Shown: piece after piece, positions 24,800-38,361 of the stretch
How the letters are laid out: each line of letters starts with the position of its first letter
Position numbering within the stretch: position 1 is the first letter of the stretch
Translations under genes and position numbers: made by a program
The notes under the pieces: generated by a model
The model's database searches: none
What the model saw: the letters and a program-made list of their open reading frames with translations, nothing else
What the model was told of the DNA's origin: nothing
Assembly: GCA_043228905.1 (NCBI GenBank)
Contig: JBHGNT010000001.1
Location: forward strand, 3,348,001-3,412,000
Reading direction: 5' to 3'
Source of the DNA: Azolla caroliniana
Taxonomy: Eukaryota > Plantae > Polypodiophyta
Length of the DNA stretch: 64,000 nucleotides

Positions 24800-27700
24800 A
24801 TGGAAGATGGAGGTAATAACGCTTACTTTGATTTGCATGCCCATCCATGGTCTTGAATTAGCTTAATTCTGCCGACGCATTTAGCAGATTACGAACAAAT
24901 TAACACACAAGGATTTTGGGATGCCTGATGAAAGAATGACCTTGATCGAATTCATTCGAATTCTCAATGTGATTATCATTTAGACATGTGTGAAGTCTAA
25001 CAACCTCTGACCTTGATGATGATAATACTCTGATGATGAAGATAGAATTGGTGATGGGTATACATGGTGCTAGCTAAATTTCTGTCTAAAAACTCTCCCA
25101 CTACATGGCCAACTATCCCATGCATAGGCACTTAAGGAACACTTTGATTGCAGAATGGATGCTTGTCTAGGATTTTGTGTCAGAATTAGGATAATTAAAC
25201 ATGAATATGTGTGTGCACATAACACCTTCACTGTGATTTGTTATACCAGAAAGTTGTGCACATTTTCATTGACGTTCAGTCTCTTATGTGCATATAGGCA
25301 ATAAATGGCACATGCATTGATAGGACTTCATTCACGCATGTGTGTGGAGAAATAATTGTTTTTATCTGTGTTAATTTACTTCATTTTCTCACACTTGGAG
25401 TTTGAAAATACACTTTCCCATTGTAAGCCATGGTTTGATTGATTGACAGGCCCGGAGGCACAGTTGCCACTTCCGTATAAGAGAGAAGATGAGCAACGTC
25501 TGGATGAAGAGGAGATGGTGGACACCATCTCTCATTCAACCATTGCAGCAAATGCTACAAAATTTCAACGATTATTTCCTGCATGTAGTTTAGACAGAAA
25601 ATCGAGATTAGGAGAGGGTCTCAAAGCTGCCTTGTGTCAAACAAACTCTAAACAGATATACTCTTGGACACCATTTGGGCTATATGGAAATTCCAGTGAT
25701 GTTGAAACTAATAAAGATGGTGTAAACAGTAAGACAATCAACACAAATGGGCCAATTCAAAGAACAACCGTGGGCAAAGGCCTCACTTTCAGTGATGATA
25801 GTAAACTTGACACGAGGTCAGTCGCTGTGATCAAACATAATGCACAAACTCAGCCTCAAATCCTGTTTAAGGAGATCAATTTAAATGAACCCACAAGGAT
25901 TCCAAAAGAGGATCATTCCTTTTTATGTTTATCAAGAGCTAAAGAAGAGAAATTAGAAAAGCACACAGAGAATGAACATGCTTATAAATTGAAGGGAAGT
26001 TTTAATTCAAAGGATGATAAGTCATTGGTAATGAATAGGGATATGGTGGTTATTACATACAAGAGTGAAGCCAACAAAGGCACCTTGCAAAAGGAAATGT
26101 TAGAAGCCGGATATGCAAATATGATACGCGAATTCAATGATAAATTCCAAGTGCACAATGAGGTATCGGAGGAAATGGATGGGAAAAAAAGTGATGATAA
26201 TAAGAAGCCATGGCAGGATGCAAACATCATTTCAAGCCAGAATCTGTTGAAAACAAGAAAGTGTGTGGAATTAGGAGCTAGTAATAGGGATATCACAAAT
26301 GAACCTTATCATGCAAGGGAGGTTAACGTCAACACCCATGAAGAGGAGGTTCTGAAGCCTAGTTCGTACAAGCTGCATGATGTATTGGATAGAGAAAATC
26401 AATATGGCAGAATGGTTATAGCAGATGAGATGCTGGAAGCTAAAGATGATGATAAACCAGTTAATGACTTGGAAACAGGGTTGTGCCTCAAAGGTAATAT
26501 CATATCTGGAGACTTCGAAGATAATACGGAGATTATTGAAGATGAGGAGGCATTGGAATCTAGCAGTGTGGTGACTATGATGAATAAACCACTAAATGGA
26601 TTAGCAGCAAGAGTATGCCTTGGTACTCATCCACCTGAGATCGCATCCACTGTACTCAACAAGGAGTCCAAAGTTTCGTTGGTTAACACTGGGTTTTGTG
26701 CAAATGAAGGTCAATTTCAAGAAGGCATTGTGATCACGGAGCTAGATCCTGTGAATGTGCTTGATAAGGAGTTGAAAGCTACGTCTGCTGATAATGGGTT
26801 AAGTGCAAATGAAGCCCAATTTCAACTTGGGATCATTGTTATCGAAGAGGTAGATCCAATGAATGTACTTGATAAGGAATTGGACGATACATCGGTCGAC
26901 AATAGATCTTTTGCAGATGAAACCGAATTTCAACAGGGCGTTAGGATCATAGAGCTAGATCCGATAAATGTGCTTGATAAGGAGTTAGAAGCATTACCTG
27001 ACAATGTTTTTTGTGCAAATGAAGCTCAATTTCAACGAGGCATTGTGCTCAATAAGGAATTAGAAGCTACATCAGCTGACAATGTAGTTTGTGCCAATGA
27101 AACTCAATTTCAACAAAGCATTGTGCTCAAAGAGCAGGATCCAATGAATGTGCCCGATAATGGACTGGAGGCTATATCAGCTGTTAATGGGTCTTCTGCA
27201 AATGAAGCTCAGTTTCAACAAGGCATTGTGCTCAATAAGGAATTAGAAGCTAGATCAGCTGACAATGTATTTTGTTCCAATGAAACTCAATTTCAAGAAG
27301 GCATTGTGTTCAAAGAGCAAGATCCAATGAATGTACCTGATACTGGACTGGAAGCTATATCAGCTGTTAATGGGTCTTCTGCAAATGAAGCTCAGTTTCA
27401 ACAAGGCATTGTGCTCAAAAAGCAATATCCCATGAATGTACCTGATAATGGACTGGAGAATATATCAGGTGTTAATGGGTCTTCTGCAAATGAAGCAAAA
27501 TTTCAACAAGGCATCAGGATCCTAGACCTAGATCCAATGAATATTGTCGTTAAGAAGTTGGAAGCTTCATCTACTGATAGTGTGATTATTGCAACTAAAG
27601 TTCAATTTGAACAAGACATTGTTATCAAAGAGATCAATCCTATTAATATACTCGACAATGCATCCCAAGCTATATCAGCTGATAGTGGGTTTCCTGTAAA

Positions 27701-28493
27701 TGAGGCTCAACTTCAACAAGGCATTAGGATCATAAGGCTAGATCGAATGAATGTAATTGGTAAGGAGTTGGGATCTACATCAGGTGATAATGTGTTTTGT
27801 GCAAATGAAGCTCAATTTCAACAAAGCGTTGAGATCAAAGAGCTAGATCCAACAGACAAATGTGGCTTGGAAGCTATATCAGCTGATAATTGGTCATCTG
27901 CAGTTGACACAAGTGAGGATCAATTTCAGCAAAGTATTAGAAATGAGGTGCTACATTCAATGACTACATTGGCTGATGACAGGCCATGTGCAAATAAAGC
28001 TCAATGTCAGCAATGCATTGAGGAGCTGGACTTAATGGTTACATTGATCGATGGTGGGTCATGTAAAAATGAAGCTCAATGTGAGCAAGACATTACGATC
28101 AAAGAGCTAGATCCAATAACGACGTTCACTGATGATGAGTTACACAGAATTGACTCAAATGAAACTCAATTTCAACAAGGCATTAAGAAAATATTGTTAG
28201 ATCCCATGCAATTAACTTGTGTTGAAACCCCTCAATGTGCAAGGTCTAGAACCATGTCGTCTAGATATTGGACAATAACTTGTGAAGAGCCAGGCAGACT
28301 CTTGTGCTATGTAGATCCACTAGGAAATTTACAATATGGGTTTTGTGACATTGAAACATCTCGAGAAGCTCAGGTACTATGGGGTCTCATTGAATCCCGA
28401 ATTTGTATTTTGTCACTGCAGTTTCTTCTATTCATCATTACACTATGTTTAGGAGGGTTTTTTGACAAGACTCCAATTCCCCCTCCAACTTGA
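24800..28493 (+). CDS. Uncharacterised ~1018-aa acidic tandem-repeat protein, tail-anchored, with a KASH-like C-terminus (TM + DKTPIPPPT)
   Basis: 3-kb uninterrupted ORF 25443-28493 lacks an upstream ATG. Candidate micro-exon ATGGAAGATGGAG|GT (24800-24812) splices in phase to TTGACAG| at 25450. About 16 repeats of ~28-37 aa. Hydrophobic ICILSLQFLLFIITLCLGGFF then a 9-aa tail. Confidence 0.8.
26650..28210 (+). repeat. Coding tandem repeats (~108-111 bp units, some ~84 bp), consensus ELDPMNVLDKELEA.SADN.F.ANEAQFQQGIVIK
   Basis: 16 recurrences of the (A/S)NE(A/T)QFQQG-like core in the ORF translation. Confidence 0.9.
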
Positions 28494-31189
28494 AATTACT
28501 GCATAGAATAGTATCGTATTTTCTGGTTAAACATGATTAAGTTTTGGTGCATGAAAGATCTTCTCATGCACCTTGAATATAAAACTTCTAGATTGATTTT
28601 GTGGGAAGCATATATTCACCACAATCCTAGAGAGCAACTGCTTTAATATGTTTTCCCTTTGCCTCAGTAACAATGCAAATATATGTATTCAGTATGATAA
28701 TGGGAAATTTTTAATCCACAAAACATGAAATCATTTATGACCTTTGTTTGAAATTGCTAAAAGAAAATTCTATTTTTGAAGAACGAAATTCTTTGAGGAT
28801 GGCCGAACCCTTTTAAGCTTGATTGCTAATGTAGACGTGAAAATGTAAAACTTTTTCTGAAATTCTATGTTCCAATTTATCAACTCATCCCTTCTTTGTG
28901 AAAGCAAAGCCATGATATTTTCAAAGGAAATTTATGGAAATAATTTAACAATCATACTAATTACAAAGGTATGGAAATATGTACAAAGATATTAGTTAAG
29001 GTTAAAACGTGGCTATCTAGAATTGTAATTTTCTCTTCTCTTATTTTTTGTTTACCTTAAAGATTCTTGAGTTAGGACTTAGACTAAGCATGCTTTCTCT
29101 AAATGAATCTCTCAATTTGATACACTAGTTGCATAAGACCAATGACCACCATTTACGGTTTTTTATATATGTTGGTAAAGTTTCAAAGTTCGACATCGAT
29201 TCTTCTTGATGAACCACCATATTTCAATTTCAACCTTGGAGTTTCCTTCACAGGCTACTACCACCATTGACATTTAATAGTAGTCCCAACTCCCACTACT
29301 TCGGATGTGTTTTTTGTAGCAATATTTTGACGATCATTATTTTGGAGAAGGCTTTTTGTGTAAGGTTACCCATACTAATAGTCTCTACCTACATCTATAT
29401 GCTTTATGAGAAGGATTCAAGAACTTGGTGTCCTCCACAACTTGGATGTGTTTGAGACTTCTCTAGTGCAACGAACTTCAGAGCAACCTCACAATCCAGA
29501 AACTAGCACTACTAACTACCGCATCAATAATCGATGATGACCTTGAAAATGCATAGTTAGGATTACTCTAACAGGTAGCTCAAATGGGCAATTCTCAAAT
29601 CTAAATTCATAAAAAATGCTAGCCCTTAACCAAGTGAATATACAAGCTAAAAGCTGGTCCACATCAACAATCAGAGATGCATCGTAAAGGTTTCCCAAGT
29701 GTGAAAGCAAATTGGTTTTGCCAAATATGTATATGCAGTGTGTATGGAGATTCCGGCAGTGTGAATGCAACGTGAGGTTTTAGGGTTTCTTCAGCCCAAA
29801 GAAGTATTCATGCTCGTCTTATAGCCATGCTCCTGAGACTGGTTTTCCTTCGAAGAAATGAATGATTCATCCTGCCCTGCCTATGTCTCTGCGTTACGCT
29901 TTCTGAGCTTCCATGGCGCAGTTGAAAGTTTTTGGGCATACAACTCTTCTTGCCAGCTCTTCCCTCCGCCCCATTCCTCTCTTCCTTAATGGTTGTGCGG
30001 CCTACTTCGATTTTTGCTGGTATATGCCCAACAGTTTCTCTCGATGCTATTCCTTCTCTCCTATCTACCTGCGTAATTCTTCCTCGTCACCATTTAAAAC
30101 AGGCCTGAATGATTCCTATCATCTTGTCTGTGTCGGAAAGTGACTACACTGAATGTCATCTACTGCACTTGGTTGTATGCGATCTGTTGATCTCTTTCGA
30201 CATATTAACGGATTACGTTCATCTGTGCCACATTTATTCTGTTTCATGTGTTGGAAATTGGAGTAGTTTTGTCTATCTGCATGTAATAACAATGTAGGGG
30301 CAGGAGTCATATGGGTTTGATCTCTGCAATAGAAGATTTGAGACTACATGTGCTCAATTAGCTGCATCACCTTCTTTTCGATGGTAAAGAACCTACTATC
30401 CAAGTTCCAAGCCTGATGGATATAAAATTCTCACATATCATCTACATCCAATGCATTTCTGTGCGTGAATTCCAATGAATTCTAGTCGCAAATGTCAACT
30501 GTGTTATCTTTGCTCGCCCTTGTCCGTCAATACCTTTTTTGCAATGACCACGTCTGGTAAAGTTATTCTCTCTTCCAGAGTATCTTTCAGGCTATCTTAT
30601 TGCTGTGGATTTATATCTGAAAACCTATCTGTAGCTGCATAATCCTTCTCTTCGATGGTAAAAATCTTGCTATTCAAGTTCCTAGCCCGATGGATATAAA
30701 TCTTCCACAAGTCTACATCCAATGCATTTCTGTCCAGTAATTGTAACGAATTCGAGTCGTATATGTCCAAAGTGTAGTCTTTTCATGTCCCTGTCTGTAT
30801 TATGTTTTTTGCCGGTATTATGTTTTTTGCTTCGACATTTAAAGTTATTCTTTCTGGTTAAGAGTTTGTATATTCTGGAAATCGAAAGTTTATAGTAACA
30901 AATTGGCTTCATTTTATTCAACGCTATCGAAGAAAAATTGTATATTGTAATGTAATTGCATAACTCTACCCGTAGATTGAGACATGCGTGATATTCGTGA
31001 TATTCTTCATGCGCAATATCCTCAATATTCGAGAATATGAAATGGCCCCAAGAAGATTAGCAAAATAAATAAAAAAAATATATTTATTTATTTAAATAAA
31101 TTTATTTCAACAAAAAAAGAACAATTAGTTACTAGGAGATTATAGTGTAAAGAGAGTTTATGAAATTTATTTTAATTAGTTAATTTTTA

Positions 31190-31545
31190 AAAAACGAATA
31201 TTTTTATATTTATTATACAAGATAGGATTAGTTTGAAGTATTATTTTTGACGTCAAAAAATAAACATCCATAAATTTTGAGGATATAAGAAGTGATAAAT
31301 TAATGAGTCTTTACTTTATTTTATTTATTTATTAAAAATAAAATGAATATTTATAACTTGTAAGTTATACATTTATTATAAAGATATGATTAGTTTGAAG
31401 TACTATTTTTAATGTCAAAATAAAAACATTCATAAATTTTGAAGATATAAAAAGTGAAACTAATGTGCCTTTATTTAATTTTATTTTTTTATTAAAAATA
31501 AAACGAATACTTTTAAATCGTAAGTTATACATTTATTATAAAAAT
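31190..31545. repeat. AT-rich imperfect tandem repeat (~170-bp period)
   Basis: tttattata..agata.gattagtttgaagta.tattttt..gtcaaaa..aaacat.cataaattttga.gatataa at ~31209 and ~31372, with a partial third copy. Confidence 0.75.
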
Positions 31546-32755
31546 CTATTAGTGTCAAATCCCCAAGTCTCTCTTTTATTATTCGTATTAATTGTCAGAG
31601 TTCGTTTTTTGTAATCCTAAGAAATTAAAAAAGACAAAGTGTGGCTTTTTTTAAATTTCTGATACGTGGCCACTCATTCGTATTTGTATTAGTTTGCATT
31701 TGGATGGGAAACCTGACGAATGCGCGAAGAAACATCTCACATTGTAAAAAATATGGGTAACTTTGCAAATTTAATGGTGAAGCTATAGGATTCGGCTTAC
31801 TCTAGCACTATCCAGAGTACGCATCTTATGTTTGTGGTTTCGTTTTGAGAATGAAAAGTCGACCTTTATATTTATTTACAATTTGCCATGTTTGATGACG
31901 ATTTCCAAACGTCTACAGCTAGGTTTGCTGTTAATGGAATATGCACATTGAAAGAGAGGTACATTGTTTGGATTTCAACTAGACTTCCTGTTAATGCAAG
32001 ATGTACGTGGAAGGAAGAGTACATTATTCAGATTTGTCTACACATAGCTTTTTTGTTTTGGGCTACAATTATATGCCGGTTCAACCATTATAAATGAAGA
32101 AAACTGAGCTACAAGGTCGTTGTTCTGGAAAGTACGTTACGTTTGGCCATCAGTTGCATGTTTTTGCAAATCTTATTCTAATTCCAAACAGACCATCTGG
32201 AATTCAGAAAACTTAGCTACAAAGTTGTTATGTCTTAAATTGATGTTGAAAGATTATATCTAACAAAGGCCCTCTAGTTGCCAACATTTAATAGGCGGCC
32301 GGCATGAAAAGAGTTGACACATTTAAAATATAACTAACAAAGGGCCTCTAGTTCCCAACATTTGAAAGTTTCTGCTGTAAAAAAGCCAGCTGGCAAGAAA
32401 AGAGTTGACACAATTTAAACCTCTTCTCTTTTAGTGAGCAATTTTAGGCGTACTGCTTAACATCTCTGGCATCAGTCAATTGAATCTGCTTATCTTAAGG
32501 CTCTGTTTACTGCATGCGTGCTAAAACCTAACTATGAGAGAAATTCATTACAGCTAGTTCCACAATGACTTAAAGAGATCAACAGACTCTGCCTGTCAAC
32601 CTTTTCAAAACGTATATATACAACATGAGACCTTCCTCTATTTTAGTACAATGGTAATTAATGGAAGGATGTAGTTTTCACAATTTAGAGTTGTGAGAAT
32701 AATTGCAACGAAAGGTACAACAAGGAATATAAATCAATTTACATATTTATAGCAT

Positions 32756-34421
32756 TTATAAATACATTCTGAGGAGCTGCTCGTCCTTCAGTGAAGGTTC
32801 AGAAACTGAATCTTGAACAACCTGCAGGTAAAATTTAGCCATCATTATTTAGCAGTATTAGAAAGCCATCAGAAACTAGGACATGAGAAAGACGGACCTG
32901 AAACCCAACTTTTTTATACAGCTGTTGGGCTGCAGCATTACCAATATCGACATGAACATACAGATCGTTAATATCTGCATACAGTTCACTGTGTTACAGC
33001 CTGGGAACTTTACATGTTTACTGATCCTCACAAGCAAACAACTGGGAAAAAACTTACTCCAGCATTTAGCAGCCTTAATAGCAACATCCAAAAGATTTGA
33101 CGCAATTCCTTTCCTCCGAGCGAGCCTAGTTACACAAACATTTGCTATATAGCCATACTGATGTTCAGGCTCCATAATTGAATATAGACTAGCAGATACT
33201 ATGTCCTGGAGTGGTATAAATAAATTTAAGCTGTATATATACTCTTATAATCACATTCTTTAGCAAAGATTTTGAGATAAGCAAACGTAAGCGGTGTAAA
33301 TATTCTCTCATAATCATATTCTTTAGTAAAGATTTTGAGATAAGCAAACATAAGCTGTATAAATATTCTCTCATAATCACATTTTCTTCAGTAAGGATTT
33401 TGAGATAAGCAAACATAAGCTGTATAAATATTTTCTCATAATCAAATTTTCTTCAGTAAAGATTTTGAGATAAGCACACGTAAAGTGTATAAATATACTC
33501 TCATAATCACATTCTTCAGTAAATATTTTGAGATAAGCATTCAAGAACAAACCTTCGGAAATATTGCACCTCGTAAAAGCTGACGAATACTAACATCAAG
33601 TGTTCCGATAACCCTGTCCCGTAGTGTGCGCGGAGGAAGCACTCCTATTTCAGTCTGACAACCCTCAGAAATAACCTGAAAATGTGGATGCGGTTTAAGA
33701 AAGAGCAACTACTTGATGAATAGGAAGACAATACTCCTAAGTGGCAGACACAAGCTTTCTACTGCTGAGTGTGCAAATCTTACCGCCACCAGACAGATGC
33801 ATTGGACAGTTTGGCCCTGCTTCTGAAAACACCTCCGTTTTAAGGCTGTGAATTCCTGTGAAAGATGAGTCTCTAAGTTCACAATCACATTGAATTATCA
33901 TCACACATACAAAGAAGTTCATGAAAATCAAACCTGCTCAGCAAACTTTTTCCGATAGCTATCAATATACCTGCCATACAGAGTATCATGTCCCCTAAAT
34001 AATCGATGTGTTTGTAAACTCAACATTGTCAAGCAGAGTAAGGATTACAAAACACAAAACTATTGCTACCGGAAATATGATCTTCCTTCAGAATAAATCT
34101 CTGCACGCAACCATGCTGCTGCCTACCAAGCAATACGCATAACAATATGAACAGAGTTATAAAGATGCGTATTTTAATGGCTTTGTAGGTATCGGACGCA
34201 TTACCCAAAACTCTTCATCAAGGACAGCCTCTTGGACGACATAGCTACCAAACGACATAATATAAGGTCTCTGAAATTCAAGATCTGGAATTTCTACATC
34301 TTCAACTCCTTTTTCTTTTAGCTTTAAAGAGCTTTCCTTGGGAAAGGGTGATGTGCATTGGCTTTCCAGAGTTGCAGTACACTTTATTCGTCCCTTCCAA
34401 GAACATGATCCATGCAATGCA
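32756..34421 (-). CDS. GNAT6: GNAT-family N-acetyltransferase (similar to the plastid GNAT6 type); 5' exon(s) not resolved
   Basis: In-phase GT-AG exons 34421-34205, 34122-34070, 33970-33934, 33855-33784, 33675-33553, 33205-33058, 32974-32898 and 32821-32756. They give EAVLDEEFWAAAWLRAE..YIDSYRKKFAEQEFTALKRRC..VIGTLDVSIR..YGYIANVCVTRLARRKGIA (acetyl-CoA motif A)..LYVHVDIGNAAAQQLYKKVGF. Orthology is from recalled motifs only. Confidence 0.85.
33227..33540. repeat. Intronic minisatellite, ~5 copies of ~62 bp
   Basis: aagctgtataaatattctctcataatcacatt..agtaaagattttgagataagcaaac repeated. Confidence 0.9.
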
Positions 34422-34519
34422 CTGCAGTCAGATCGTATTGCAGTCACAACAGCAAAAGAAAATCATTAAACTACCAAATACCAGCTAGATATCATTACAA
34501 CCATACAAACAGAAGCATG

Positions 34520-34941
34520 ATTTCTTTCAAATACTGAATACAATGTGCTAGTGGAAATTTTGATATTACATGGTTAATTTAGATTTGACTAAACACATAA
34601 CTGGTGATTTTGAAGGTTTTGGCATGATGGGGTAGATTTATATAGTGAGAAGGATCATCTGAGAAAAACGAATCATCGTATGGTTCTTGTATATTGCTAG
34701 AGTTTCTAGTTCTGCTAATGGATCTGTTTCTTTCAAATACTGAATATTACAATGTGCTAGTGGAAATTTTGATATTACATGGTTAATTTAGATTTGACTA
34801 AACACATAACTGGTGATTTTGAAGGTTTTGGCATGATGGGGTAGATTTATATAGTGAGAAGGATCATCTGAGAAAAACGAATCATCGTATGGTTCTTGTA
34901 TATTGCTAGAGTTTCTAGTTCTGCTAATGGATCTGTTTCTC
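34520..34941. repeat. Intronic tandem duplication, ~208-bp period
   Basis: ttctttcaaatactgaata...gctaatggatctgtttct twice, nearly identical. Confidence 0.9.
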
Positions 34942-37932
34942 TTGTATATTGCTAGAGTTGCTAGCCTTCAGGGTGCTGACACAACATACTGCATTCTATG
35001 CTTGTCTATTAGTCTTTTCCCATAGAATTTATAGTCATTGACTGTTCTTCCCTGTTCTGTTTCTTTTTGTAGGACATAGGTTACTGGGGGGAGGGGGAGG
35101 GGGAGGGGGGGATCTTAATGTGAGGGGAAAACCCAAAAAGCAACAAAAATATGTGTATAAAAATCATAAGAGGCATAGAACTTTGGAATGTGGAAATCAT
35201 TGTTAATGTACCTTTCGATGGAAACTGAAGCAGCATATTTTATACTTCCCTAAGGTAAAATGTTAAGTGCACAATTTTCAACATCAAGTTTACGACATGT
35301 CAAAATTTAGACATCAAATTTGAGAGTATAGTAATAGCACAATGATTTTCATAAACAACCAGCATACAACGTGCCGAGAGTGTCAGTATTGGGGAACAAA
35401 ACACAACTATAGTATAGAACACATTCAGGAAATGGTGAAACATAATGGGGAGACAAGATATACCAAAATCTACGATGCAAAAAATATCAAAATTCATTGT
35501 TATGAGTCTATGGCGTGAATCACAAAATTAGATAACAGGTATATTGAAATATCATCATTTCAAAATAGATAATCTAGAAATATATAGAAAGTTTTAAAGT
35601 TTGTTGTGTAGTTTTACTTTGTGTTTTTTGGCATGCTCCAAGGATGGATGAAATTAATTTTCAGAAATTTTATCCTGGAAGCAAGAAAATAAGTGAGATG
35701 AGCAAAGAAACATCTATGAGACTGTAACGAGAATAATGAGGGAGAGGAGTCAGAAGCAGCATGGTGTGACTAACTGACGGCTTGGATTGGTACTTTTTTG
35801 AGTTTTTCAATAGGGAACAAGTGATCTGGTTTCGATCTGGTTTCTAAGCATAGAAATACCTTTTCTCTAGACTACGATCATAAGACATCTTAAAGTCCGT
35901 GTGCCATAAAATGAAAATGTAGCTCAAAAACTGATGCCAGGCCACAGGACAATAACCATTACACATGTCAAAGGCCAAAATTCAACATGTCAGGATACAT
36001 GGAATCTGCCGTTACCATTGCAACATACAACTCGTTAAAACAATGAAACCAATGCGGTTTGGAACAAATATTTTGGGGCAAAACTTCTATATATTATATC
36101 ATTATGAACTTCGCAATGATGACCTCAGTAGAGAAACAAATTTGGACATTTAAGAGCATTGATACCCAGATTATAGTTGGTAAAAAAATTCAAATCATGT
36201 TTATTTAAACTTGTTCAAGTTGGTTCTCTAAAAGTATACAAATGAGCAAGTTTAATAAATGAAACCAAATAAAACGAGTTGGTTTTCCTGGCACAACAAA
36301 TGCCCTGAAACCAGTAACCAGAAATCAAACAGCCTTTGTCTTTTCAACTTGGTAAGGGGAGGCAAAAAGATGAACACATACATGTACTGATGGTCATATG
36401 ACAACTATCTGTTCCCAGGGAGCCGAATACCAGACAACATGAGCTTCCATTGATGATTTATAACTATGCTGATATGAATCACTGTAGGAGGTCATCAAAA
36501 TAGAGTTGTACTATACAAAATCTTCTCTAAGTAGGTAGTCAATTCTTATCCTGGATCAGGTATATTCCATAGGATCTCATTGAAATTTGCCTGGGATGAA
36601 ATTTCCCAGAACATATATAATGAGAATGGAACAAAGAGTACATTAGGAAATGTTACACTAATAGGCTGAAAACACAACCATTGAATATTGTAAAACCTTA
36701 AACTGGGAATTTCGAAGGGACAATCTAATAGAGAACTGTGATCAATGATTGTGAAAGGTATAGATGACCAATGCAGCATTCTAGGGAATGAGAAAGCCTA
36801 TATATTAGATTTTCAAGGCTTCATCATCAGAAAACTGCTGTGACTTGTCTCATTGCCAAATGCAACATATTTGGCAAAACTTACATCCTAAAAGCTAGAT
36901 TCATGACATTACGAACTGCAATCCACGACAATGAAGGGTAACTTGGATCGTTTAAAAATGAAATATTATTGTAATAATACACTCTCACGTTGGATTTTCC
37001 CCACACCTCCTTCACAAACTCAATGACCATGAAAGTTAACTTGAGAAAACGAAATACAATCAGAAAACTACATAGTAAGCGTTTCGTTCAAATTTATCAT
37101 CAGAAAATTGCGATGAATGACTATGAAAGTTACCTTGAGTCAACGAAAACCACAAAAAGAGTGAAGATGATTTATGAAGAACACCTGGAAAGAGGAGGCA
37201 AAATCTGAGCAAAACTTGAATATTTTTCCGTCTGAGACAGAAGCGGAGAGACAAGAAACACAGACATCGGTTCAAAAGTCGTTCTTTTTTCCCCCTTTCT
37301 GCGAAAACGTCGATTCAATCAAGCACTGACGATTTCTCTTTGCAGTGAAGAATCATGCCTTGTGGGGAGGAGGAAGGGGAGGAATTCCGTGTCTGAAAGT
37401 GTCGTTCTTTCGAGAAGGAGAGGAATCAACGGCTCATCGCGGATACAGACACAGAGATGATGATGGTGATGATGATGACGACGTCTACGACGACGACGAC
37501 GATAATTCTAGCACATACAACTGTTTTGGAAATGGGCTTGTATTCCCTGAAAATTACAAAGGTAGCCTTTTCACACACACTACCAGGGACAACATGGCTC
37601 CGGAGTCCCATCGAAAAGAAAGCCTCCAGAAGAAGTATGAATTCACTTGCACGACGAAGCTTTGGCTTGGCCGTCATGCAAAATCCTATAGCTGCTTAAT
37701 CATGGCCTTTATATGGTTGGGTCAACAAGGTTTCATACACCTCTTGCGATGACAATATTCTGTGGTCGTTATCTCGCATTCGTTTATTCTTCGGGTCCTA
37801 GGGACCTTTGAAGTGAACTGCGGAACGATTGCTTATCTTGTGGTTATTTGTCACTCGGGGTGGGATGCACACCAACCCTATGTTTGTTCATGACCCACAA
37901 TGCTTACCTTCCCCCTCCATTGGCACAAGATT

Positions 37933-37975
<43 letters not shown>

Positions 37976-38361
37976 GTAAAAGCACACAATTATATTAATT
38001 GTATGTAAATTCCACTTAGTTACAACCATAGTTCCTAATATTCGTTCGCATACGTTCGTGTATGATACGTGACATTCGTTTTGTTTTGTTTTTTCCTTTT
38101 GATTTGTTTAGTTTTTTTCTTCTTCTGATATTCATAATTCGTTGCGAACAGAAGTGACACACACACACACAACACTCTCTCACGAGAACTGACATATCTT
38201 CTCTCTCTACAAAATCCAATACACACACTCAATCTCTCTTCCTCACATAGAGGACAAAACCCTTAGCTCCTCTCTCTCTAGACATACACTCAACCACTGT
38301 CTCCTCACACATGCAAAATAGGGGGCTTCTCTCTCTAGACCACACACGCTCTCTCTCTCTT

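Noticed and set aside
37345-37752. 135-aa ORF with poly-Asp
   Set aside because: Poly-Asp comes from a (GAT/GAC)n microsatellite. The region is more likely the 5' end or promoter of the minus-strand GNAT gene, whose first exons I could not fix.
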